Assembly (NCBI GenBank): GCA_910587745.1
Contig: CAJUNE010000002.1
Coordinates: 2,097-66,096 of the forward strand
DNA: 64,000 nucleotides
Source: an uncultured Bacilli bacterium
GTDB lineage: Bacteria > Bacillota_I > Bacilli_A > RF39 > UBA660
Reading direction: 5' to 3'
Part shown: in pieces, positions 28,675 to 36,835 of the stretch
How the letters are laid out: every line of letters begins with the position of its first letter
How positions within the stretch are numbered: the first letter of the stretch is position 1
Notes under the pieces: model-generated
What the model saw: the letters and a program-made list of their open reading frames with translations, nothing else
Databases searched by the model: none
Told to the model about the DNA's origin: nothing
Position numbers and translations under genes: made by a program

Positions 28675-29223
28675 TTATTTCTCAATTTTATCTTTTATGT
28701 CTTTTACTATTTTATTTAATTTTTCAATAGAATACATTTTATTTATATCATCTATTTCTAATATATCTCCACTTGTAAAATTATATAAATATTCAAATTC
28801 AAAATATAAAAATTCACTAATTCCTAAAAAATATTTTTTTATGTCTTGAACGACTTCTTCTTGTTCTTCTTCAGACATTTGCCCAATAGTAATTAAATAA
28901 ATTTTTTTACCTCTTAATTTTTCACTGGAACAATAAGGATTTAATCTATCAATTATATTTTTTAATATTCCTGTAATTTGATTCATATAAATTGGTGACA
29001 TTATTACTATTTTATTACACTTATCTATTGCTTCATAAACCTGTTTCATATCATCATTTAAAATACAAGTATTATTTTTATTTTTTGCACAAGCATTGCA
29101 ACCTCCACAATACTTTATATTTAAATCTGCGACAGAAAGAAAAATGTCAGTATCATTTTTTATCATTTTTAAAAAATTATAGCTATTATGTTTTCTATTA
29201 CTTCCACTTATATATAAGTTCAT
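28675..29223 (-). CDS. NADPH-dependent FMN reductase / iron-sulfur flavoprotein-like
   Basis: YISGSNRK..., CGGCNAC, SPIYMNQITG. Confidence 0.65.
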   Translation of the reverse strand: MNLYISGSNRKHNSYNFLKMIKNDTDIFLSVADLNIKYCGGCNACAKNKNNTCILNDDMKQVYEAIDKCNKIVIMSPIYMNQITGILKNIIDRLNPYCSSEKLRGKKIYLITIGQMSEEEQEEVVQDIKKYFLGISEFLYFEFEYLYNFTSGDILEIDDINKMYSIEKLNKIVKDIKDKIEK

Positions 29224-29235
29224 TTATTATTCCTC

Positions 29236-30456
29236 CTAATTCTTATTTTTATATCTTATGTCTATATCGACATCAACATTTATTCCATCTACTCTACCAT
29301 TACTACATATTTGCCAATAATGATAATTACCCTTATAAGATGTTGATTTGGCATAATGTGCTAACCAGATTGGATAGTCTGTGTCTAACCATATTTGCTC
29401 TAAATAGTTTTTACTACCATATAATAAACCTTTATATCCTTTACTTTTAAAATAATTTAAATAACTATTGGCCATGTCTGTTAATTTGTAAAAACTTAAA
29501 TTAAAGTCATTATAGAAACTCCAATTTTCCCAGTCATAGGCTACTCCTAATTCTACTTTATAGGGTTTTATTTGTTCATATATCCACTCGGCATCTTTTA
29601 AAACTTTTTCTTTGCTATTAGCATAAGAATAAAAATATACTCCTACTGGCATTCCTATTTCATTAGCTTTTGTTATATTTTCTATAAACTTACCATCTAA
29701 AAAATATTCGCCTTTTATTCCTTTTGTTCCACCAACTCGCAAAATAACAAACTCTACTCCTGCTTCTTTTATCCGCTTGAAATCAACTGTTCCTTGCCAT
29801 TCTGATAAGTCCAAACCTATCTCAGTATCTTCATTCTTATGTTTTTCAACTATATCACTAAAATAGGTTTTTGGTGATGGCTTACTACTGTTATTATTTC
29901 CTGAATTAGGTTTAGGTTCAATAACATATAAATTAAATTTCTTCTCAGTAATATTATTTGAAGAATCAGTAGCTTTAAATGTAAGAGGATAGGTTCCTAC
30001 TGTATCCATATCATATTCACCAATAATTTCACAAGATGGATTATCGTCATAGTTATCACCACACATTATTTTTTCAGTTAAATTGACTTTACTACCTTTA
30101 TTTACTGTGTAACTAGAACCTAACCAAACTACTGGTGGTGTAGTATCTTTGATATTTAGCTCATATGAATATGGAATTTTGATATTATCTTCATTTATAT
30201 ATTCAAATTTTATTTCTTTTTCTCCAATAATGGTGGTATCTATATTATAATCGTTTGTTATAAAACCATTGATATTTGTTATAAAATCCGATACTTTTAC
30301 TTTACTTAAAAACTCTGTTTCTAAATCCTCTTTTAATTCTACAACTATTTTAGCGTTTTTTAGCTCTATTTTTTTGTTAATCTTTACTCCTACAAGAATA
30401 AATAATACTATTGATAAAATACTTAGACTTGCTATAACTATATTTTTTTTATTCAT
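29236..30456 (-). CDS. GH25 lysozyme (muramidase) with N-terminal anchor and Ig-like (DUF5011-type) domain
   Basis: GLDLSEWQG...VEFVILRVG...GVYFYSYA is GH25-like. DTTPPVV...TYPLTFKATDSSNN is Ig-like. Confidence 0.8.
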   Translation of the reverse strand: MNKKNIVIASLSILSIVLFILVGVKINKKIELKNAKIVVELKEDLETEFLSKVKVSDFITNINGFITNDYNIDTTIIGEKEIKFEYINEDNIKIPYSYELNIKDTTPPVVWLGSSYTVNKGSKVNLTEKIMCGDNYDDNPSCEIIGEYDMDTVGTYPLTFKATDSSNNITEKKFNLYVIEPKPNSGNNNSSKPSPKTYFSDIVEKHKNEDTEIGLDLSEWQGTVDFKRIKEAGVEFVILRVGGTKGIKGEYFLDGKFIENITKANEIGMPVGVYFYSYANSKEKVLKDAEWIYEQIKPYKVELGVAYDWENWSFYNDFNLSFYKLTDMANSYLNYFKSKGYKGLLYGSKNYLEQIWLDTDYPIWLAHYAKSTSYKGNYHYWQICSNGRVDGINVDVDIDIRYKNKN

Positions 30457-30547
30457 TTTATTTTCTTCTTTCTTAAATTGGTTATTTTTTAATATTTTCT
30501 TCTATTATAATCATTTATTATTTCTAAATTAGATAAATTTGTAATCT

Positions 30548-32029
30548 TTAACTGGTTTGTAAAGTTGTTTCTTCTACTAATTTTTCATATATTTTTACCA
30601 TTGCTAAAGTATCTAACTCGCAATATTTAAGTAAGTTTTTTCTTGTTTTTTCTTGCTCTTCTTTAGTCATATTTTTTAAGTTTTTAAAACTATTCATCGC
30701 TTCACTACCATTATGAATATTATCTAACGCATGATAATCTAAATTTCTATCATTAGGAAATAAAGCTGGCAAAACATACTTTATAGAATAAGACCCTTGC
30801 ATTTCTTTAGTGTAATAACTCCTGTTTTTAAACGGAATCATTAAATCTTTTATGTTATTATAAATATTCATTAAATGCTCACTTAAATCGGGATATAAAC
30901 TGGCTAATTTTTTAATTATCATTTTCTCAAAACTAGAATTATACGCGATTACACATGTATTTTTTGGAATATCCTTAATAAGCCGCTCTGCTAAATCTCT
31001 TCTAGGATCAGTATTTATTTTTGCTAAAAATTCTGCATGCTTTAATGTACCATTTTCATTTTCTAAATAATGTAAAGAATATTGAAATGGTATTTGTTCA
31101 TAAGGACTCGAATTTTCTAATACTGGTATTGATTCCTGAAAAGTTTCAAAATCTAAAAAATACATAGGAAATGTTAATGTGTTTAAAAACTCTTTTATTT
31201 CATCTTTTTTGATACTTGGTTCTTTGTCATTTAACTCAAAATCAATTTGTTCTAAATATTTATTATTTAATTTCTCTTGTAATAATTCTTTAAAACTTAT
31301 TTTGTTTTTATTATATAATTTAAACTTATTTGATATGCTCATTCCCCTTATATCGAAAACGTTAGGTCTAACTAAATTATTAGTACAATATTTAAAAAAT
31401 GGGCAATCATAGGGTTTAACACAATGCATTCCTATATCTTGTTTTGGCTCACTTTTCTCTTTAATATATTCATTTATTTCTTCTATGTTTTTTTCTATTT
31501 CCTCTTGTTTTTGAAGTGCTATATCTGTTACGTCCTCGATTATAAATAATTTTCTTAAATCTAACTTTTTTCCTCGGATGTATTTGGAATTGATATAAAC
31601 AATCGAGGCTTTTGTTATATTGTATCCTAAACTTTTTAAGACATATACTTGATATGAAACATCTTCTAAATAAATATCACTGATACTTGTGGAACTTTTT
31701 ACTTCATATATTTCATATCTATCATGATCCTTTTTTAAAATATCAACACTACAAAAATTATTATTATAAGAAAACGATGCTTCTGTAATTATTACACTAT
31801 CTTGTTTTAAAGTTTCTTCTGTGTCTTTAATCATTACTTGTAAATTTTCATTAAATTCTATATCAATTGACTTACCTAATAGGTGTTTAGCTATAATTCC
31901 TACTTCAGTACCATTTTCTAAAACTCCCTCATTATTTGTATCTTCTTTTACTTCTGGTTTAAATTCATTTAACCAAAGCATTTTTAAACATTGATGAGCA
32001 TTGCAATATTTAGATTTTGATAAATACAT
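30548..32029 (-). CDS. DUF2779-family protein (Cas4-like PD-(D/E)xK N-terminus plus RNase H-like exonuclease domain)
   Basis: MYLSKSKYCNAHQCLKMLWL start and EVKSST. The C-terminal half has FLDFET...AYNSSFE, a DEDD-like pattern. Confidence 0.65.
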   Translation of the reverse strand: MYLSKSKYCNAHQCLKMLWLNEFKPEVKEDTNNEGVLENGTEVGIIAKHLLGKSIDIEFNENLQVMIKDTEETLKQDSVIITEASFSYNNNFCSVDILKKDHDRYEIYEVKSSTSISDIYLEDVSYQVYVLKSLGYNITKASIVYINSKYIRGKKLDLRKLFIIEDVTDIALQKQEEIEKNIEEINEYIKEKSEPKQDIGMHCVKPYDCPFFKYCTNNLVRPNVFDIRGMSISNKFKLYNKNKISFKELLQEKLNNKYLEQIDFELNDKEPSIKKDEIKEFLNTLTFPMYFLDFETFQESIPVLENSSPYEQIPFQYSLHYLENENGTLKHAEFLAKINTDPRRDLAERLIKDIPKNTCVIAYNSSFEKMIIKKLASLYPDLSEHLMNIYNNIKDLMIPFKNRSYYTKEMQGSYSIKYVLPALFPNDRNLDYHALDNIHNGSEAMNSFKNLKNMTKEEQEKTRKNLLKYCELDTLAMVKIYEKLVEETTLQTS

Positions 32030-32044
32030 TTTAACCCTCCTAAC

Positions 32045-32758
32045 TTAGTTTCTATTTTTTAAAGCATCAATATATTTATTTAAATATTTGTTTTTATCTT
32101 TGCTGTTATATTGCATTATAAACCTGGGATGCTCTAAAGCTATAATCTTATCAAAGAATTTATATTCTTTATTTATTCTAGTTATAAAATTATAGTTTTC
32201 TCCACTTCCTATACAAAAACAAATAGAAGTGTCTATGCCTAAAGAAATTTGCTTTTTTAAAGATTCAATAATAAAATTATATAAAGCTTTTTCTAATTTT
32301 TTATTTTCATAATAATTTGAATTAATTTCATTTCCTTTGCTACTTTTATTTATAATACCTACTGGACAAATAAAACTCATAAAAAAGTCTTTATAGAATT
32401 TTTCACAACCTCCATATTGTTCCATAACATCATATAAAAAATTTGAGGATGATTTATTTATATAAAAATTATCAATCATAATTCCTGTTTCTTTATAAAG
32501 ATGATTGGCATCTTCAAATGGTATTCCAGTCATTGCTGTACCTTTTCTTGCTGGAGAACTTCCTAGTATTAAATATCTTTTATTATTGTCATTATAATAT
32601 TTTTTATAAAATCTATTTGTAATAGCTTTTATTTGCTCTTTATTTTGACCATTAAAGGGATTACTAATACTATAATTATCAAATAATTTTAAAGATATGG
32701 TTGCTAGCCAATTATTAAATTCTAATACATTATCTGAAAAAGTTTTTTGTTTAACCAT
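32045..32758 (-). CDS. uracil-DNA glycosylase superfamily protein (DUF4918-like)
   Basis: LILGSSPARKGTAMTGIPFED and ALEHPRF resemble UDG-superfamily motifs A and B. Confidence 0.6.
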   Translation of the reverse strand: MVKQKTFSDNVLEFNNWLATISLKLFDNYSISNPFNGQNKEQIKAITNRFYKKYYNDNNKRYLILGSSPARKGTAMTGIPFEDANHLYKETGIMIDNFYINKSSSNFLYDVMEQYGGCEKFYKDFFMSFICPVGIINKSSKGNEINSNYYENKKLEKALYNFIIESLKKQISLGIDTSICFCIGSGENYNFITRINKEYKFFDKIIALEHPRFIMQYNSKDKNKYLNKYIDALKNRN

Positions 32759-32824
32759 TTTATTTATTTTCCTTTCTAATTTTTAAAATGTATTTCGGCT
32801 TGCCCTTATATTTAATATTTTTTT

Positions 32825-33210
32825 CACATCCTCATACTTTTATCTTCATCTTCTAAATCTAGCATCAGCCATTTTTGATGATTACATTCCCTAGTGTCCA
32901 AATAAATTTCTTGTATTTCAATACAAAAGTGAGGTAACATATTTTCAAATTGTTCTTTTTCCTTTTTTCAAATAACAATCATTACACAAAAATAGTTTTC
33001 TCTTGGATATACAGCACATAGAGTTCTACTACCTTTTTTGAACTTTATATTCCAGCCGAATTCCAAACTACATTTGCTAAATTCAAATTTAGGATTTACA
33101 TTATAATTGCTTCTTATAAATTCACAAAAGTTATCCCATAGTTCATTATTGATATAATTGCTCATTTCATATTCGCTAGGAATATGTTTAAAATCTTCCT
33201 TACTAAACAT
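32825..33210 (-). pseudogene. DUF3788-like gene interrupted by an in-frame TGA
   Basis: The 80-aa ORF stops at TGA (32970-32968). The same frame continues KKEKEQFENMLPHFCIEIQEIYLDTRECNHQKWLMLDLEDEDKSMRM*, which matches my recollection of the second half of DUF3788 proteins. Confidence 0.55.
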
Positions 33211-33244
33211 AAATATCTCCTATAACGTTACTTGCATTTTGTAA

Positions 33245-33763
33245 TTATCTGTGTCTTATATAATTTAATGTTTTAGTTGTTAATGGTTTTAATATTAAAT
33301 ACATAATATATCCAATAATTCCACCTGTGACATTAGTTATTAAATCTGTTATGTCTGCTGACCTAACTCCATTTATCAAAGGCTGTAATAGTTCGATACT
33401 TAAGCTTAATAAAAAAGTATAAAAAACAACTTTTAATAGTTTATCATTTTCTTTTTTTACTAAAGGCATTAAAAAACCAAAAGGAATCGTCATTATCACA
33501 TTTAATCCAACTTGTCTAATAAAGTCTCCTCTACCATTTAAAACATCAATAAAAGGAACCAAATTCATTCTATCATATGGATGATTAAATATAAATGGTA
33601 AAGATGTTATTATAGGCATTAAGGTAAAATATAGTACAAAAGATAAGTATATATACATAAGAGTATTTATAAGTAGTATATCTTTACCTTCTTCTTTCCA
33701 TTTCTTATAAAATTTCCAAAAATATATTATTATTAAAATTACAAAATCCATTAATTCTTTCAT
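33245..33763 (-). CDS. VanZ-family membrane protein
   Basis: NLVPF...N..MTIPFGFL...ELLQ...R..D..D motifs and four TM segments. Confidence 0.8.
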   Translation of the reverse strand: MKELMDFVILIIIYFWKFYKKWKEEGKDILLINTLMYIYLSFVLYFTLMPIITSLPFIFNHPYDRMNLVPFIDVLNGRGDFIRQVGLNVIMTIPFGFLMPLVKKENDKLLKVVFYTFLLSLSIELLQPLINGVRSADITDLITNVTGGIIGYIMYLILKPLTTKTLNYIRHR

Positions 33764-33781
33764 ATTATTTTTCTCCTCAAT

Positions 33782-33956
33782 AAATTACTATTTATGCACA
33801 ACTTTGTATTAAATATTATACCATTAAAAAAGCAAAATCTAAACTGATTCTACTCTTATTTTAAAAAAAAATTATCTAGTCTAACACCTAGTATTATAGA
33901 AATTTGGTATAAGTTTTTAAGCAAAAAAAGTGGAACCTTTCAACTCCTTCAGGGGG
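33782..33956 (-). repeat. about 175-bp terminator-plus-promoter module, copy A (upstream of vanZ-like gene)
   Basis: About 90 % identical by eye to 34485-34659. It contains CCCCCTGAAGGAGTTGAAAGGTTCCAC plus a T-run and an extended -10 TGgTATAAT. Confidence 0.8.
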
Positions 33957-34123
33957 CTATTAAATTTTGGCTTATTTAATTTTAAAACCTTTATTTTGCT
34001 TTATATTTTGTTTGTTTTTTCCCAATTTTGATTAAAATATAAATATAAAAGTTTCAAATTTTGCTACCTAAATGCTACCTGAAATTTCAAAAATAATCTG
34101 CTCGATAAATTGTAATTTATTGG

Positions 34124-34471
34124 TTAGACAATATTTTCACCCAAAATTATTTTAGGCATTGTCATTAAACATCTATTCCAACGTTTATAAAATTTTTCTA
34201 CACCAAGTTTAGACACTCTTGCATGTGCTTCTTCGCTTTCTAGCACCCAATATAAGACATATATAACCTTACCCACATTTTTTGTAAGTCGGATAGGTAG
34301 CTCACCTTTTTTTACTGCATTAAAATCTTTTTGTCGATGAGTACGTTTTATATAATGTACATCAATAACTCCATCTTGTTTCAAATAAAATTCTGCTACT
34401 TCCTTCATTAGTTCTTCAATTTCATCAAGTTTGTTTAGTTTCGCTTCATATATACATATTTCATTAAACAT
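34124..34471 (-). CDS. hypothetical protein (115 aa), possibly a dimeric alpha-beta-barrel fold
   Basis: An intact ORF behind the repeated promoter module. The function call is weak. Confidence 0.45.
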   Translation of the reverse strand: MFNEICIYEAKLNKLDEIEELMKEVAEFYLKQDGVIDVHYIKRTHRQKDFNAVKKGELPIRLTKNVGKVIYVLYWVLESEEAHARVSKLGVEKFYKRWNRCLMTMPKIILGENIV

Positions 34472-34484
34472 ATTCCACCTCTAC

Positions 34485-34659
34485 AAATTACTATTTGTGC
34501 AACACTTTATATAAAAATATTATACCATTAAAAAAGTAAAATCTAAACTAATTCTACTCTTATTTTAAAAAAATTATCTAGTCTAAGACCTAGTATTATA
34601 GAAATTTGGTATAAATTTTTAAGCAAAAAAAAGTGGAGCCTTTCGGCTCCTTCAGGGGG
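34485..34659 (-). repeat. about 175-bp terminator-plus-promoter module, copy B
   Basis: Paralog of 33782-33956. Its 5' (minus-strand) part doubles as the terminator of the candidate sRNA. Confidence 0.8.
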
Positions 34660-34720
34660 TTTTGGTTCATATTCACATAAGTCGTGAATATGAGATCTCG
34701 GACATGATGTTTATCATGTC
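34625..34720 (-). ncRNA. candidate small RNA downstream of recG (about 96 nt)
   Basis: TTGACA (34755-34750), a 17-nt spacer, then TATGAT (34732-34727). Two hairpins follow: GACATGAT-AAAC-ATCATGTC and CATATTCAC-N7-GTGAATATG. Then comes single-stranded CCAAAACCCCC and the terminator GGAGCC-GAAA-GGCTCC with eight Ts. Confidence 0.45.
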
Positions 34721-34790
34721 ATAATAATCATATTATGTTTTTAGTTTTTTGTCAATTCTATTTTCGTAATTTCTTTTTTATTTTACAAAC

Positions 34791-36776
34791 TTAATTTAAT
34801 CTGTCTAAGTCTTTAATTATTTTATAATATGACATATTGTTTTTATATGCCTCACTATTTATATATTCTTCACTGTCACTTTTGGCTTGGAGCATTATTT
34901 TTAAATCATTTTTTAAATTAGCTATTTTAAATATTTTAACTCCACTTTGACGAATACCAAATAAATCTCCTTCTCCTCTAAGTTCTAAATCTTTTTCAGA
35001 AATATAAAAGCCATCATTACTTTCTTCTAATACCTTTAATCTTTCAATCTCTTTATCACTTATTAAATAGCAATAACTATCTAGTGAGTTTCTTCCTACT
35101 CTTCCTCGTAATTGGTGAAGAGTTGCAAGACCAAATCTATCAGCATCAAATATAACCATTATCGTAGCATTTTTTACATCTACTCCGACTTCTATAACCG
35201 TAGTTGATATTAATATCTTCGTTTCATTATTCTTAAATCTAGCCATTATTTCATCTTTTTCTTTTTGCTTTAATTTACCGTGTAATATTTCAATGGGTAT
35301 CTTATTTTGAAATGCTAAATTAAATTTCTCTTTTAATGTTTCAACACTTTTTAAATCTAGTTCTTCATTATCGTCTATAAGACTTGCTACAACATAAACT
35401 TGATGTCCTTGCTTTATTTCTTCTAAAATATGCGATAATACTTCTTTTAATTCACTAAATTTCTTTAGCTTTGTGATTATTTCTTTTCTCCCACCAGGTT
35501 TGTGAGTAATAAAAGATACATCTAAGTCACCATATAATGTTAAAGCATAACTTCTTGGTATTGGTGTTGCACTCATATAAAGAGCATCTGGTACTTCACC
35601 TTTACTTTTTAATATCTCTCTTTGTTTGACACCAAAACGATGTTGCTCATCTGTAATAACTAAGCCTAAACGATAAAATATTACACTTTCCTCAATTATA
35701 GCATGAGTTCCTATCAATATGTCTATATCTCCTCTTATAAGCTTATCTTTAACTGCTTCTTTCTCTTTTTTAGTCATACTTCCTACTAATATCTCAATAT
35801 TTATTTTACTGTCTCTAAAATAATTTATAGCACTTTCAAAATGTTGTCTTGCTAAAACTTCAGTGGGTGCCATTAAGACACTTTGATAACCAGATAAAAA
35901 ACTAGCATACATAGATATAAAACTTATTACTGTCTTGCCACTGCCTACATCTCCTAAAACTAATCTATTCATTTTGTTATTATTTTTTAAATCTTTCAGA
36001 ATTAAATCTAAAGCTTCATTTTGACTGTCTGTTAAACTAAATGGTAAACTATTTATAAATTTAGTTATATCTTCGTCATTAAAATGTTTTTCTTCCTTTT
36101 TTATGTTCTGATTATCTTTTTTCATATAGCCTATTTTAAACATAAATAAAAATAATTCTTCATATTTTAAATAAAAACTGGCTTTTTTTATTTCTTCAAA
36201 ATTATGGGGTAAATGTATCATTCTTAAAGCTTGCTTTTTACTTATCATATTATATTTTTCAATAAATTCACTTGGAACATAATTGTAACTAGCAGCATTA
36301 TCTATAATAGCATTTTCCATTATTTTTCTTAGTTCACTATTTTTTATATCTTTTTTAGTGTGATAAATTGGTATTATTTCTTTCTTTTCAAGAGGTGTTA
36401 GTTTTATATCATCGCAGATAAATGTATTCTTTTTTATATCATATTTGCCTACTAAAGTTATAGTTTTTCCAATAATAATATGTGGTTTTAAAAAGGCACG
36501 ATTAAATATGACAGCATACATTGTTTTATTATTGTGGTTACATCTAAATTGTAATTTATTAAAATTTCTTTTTATAAAAGCAGTTGTTGCTGTTGTTTCT
36601 ACAATTACATTAATGGCTACTCTCTCTCCATTATAGTTTTCATCTAGATTAATAGGCTCAAATATGTCATAACGATATGGATAGTAAGATAATAAATCTT
36701 CCATATTATTGATATTTAAAGTTTTTAAGTTACCTAACATTTTAGGTCCAACACCTTTTATGTCACTTAGTTCCAT
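34791..36776 (-). CDS. recG: ATP-dependent DNA helicase RecG
   Basis: Wedge/OB N-terminus, GDVGSGKT, DEQHRFG, and the TRG-like motif LHQLRGRVGR. Confidence 0.95.
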   Translation of the reverse strand: MELSDIKGVGPKMLGNLKTLNINNMEDLLSYYPYRYDIFEPINLDENYNGERVAINVIVETTATTAFIKRNFNKLQFRCNHNNKTMYAVIFNRAFLKPHIIIGKTITLVGKYDIKKNTFICDDIKLTPLEKKEIIPIYHTKKDIKNSELRKIMENAIIDNAASYNYVPSEFIEKYNMISKKQALRMIHLPHNFEEIKKASFYLKYEELFLFMFKIGYMKKDNQNIKKEEKHFNDEDITKFINSLPFSLTDSQNEALDLILKDLKNNNKMNRLVLGDVGSGKTVISFISMYASFLSGYQSVLMAPTEVLARQHFESAINYFRDSKINIEILVGSMTKKEKEAVKDKLIRGDIDILIGTHAIIEESVIFYRLGLVITDEQHRFGVKQREILKSKGEVPDALYMSATPIPRSYALTLYGDLDVSFITHKPGGRKEIITKLKKFSELKEVLSHILEEIKQGHQVYVVASLIDDNEELDLKSVETLKEKFNLAFQNKIPIEILHGKLKQKEKDEIMARFKNNETKILISTTVIEVGVDVKNATIMVIFDADRFGLATLHQLRGRVGRNSLDSYCYLISDKEIERLKVLEESNDGFYISEKDLELRGEGDLFGIRQSGVKIFKIANLKNDLKIMLQAKSDSEEYINSEAYKNNMSYYKIIKDLDRLN

Positions 36777-36835
36777 TATCCTACTTCCTTTCTTTTTTAT
36801 TATAGCATTTAAAAAGAAGAATTTCTATTCCTCTT

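Noticed and set aside
32968-32970. The in-frame TGA could indicate genetic code 4 (TGA = Trp), as in Mollicutes.
   Set aside because: All other long ORFs in the window are intact under the standard code and use TGG for Trp (for example in leuS), and many end in TGA. A single interrupted gene is better explained as a nonsense mutation.
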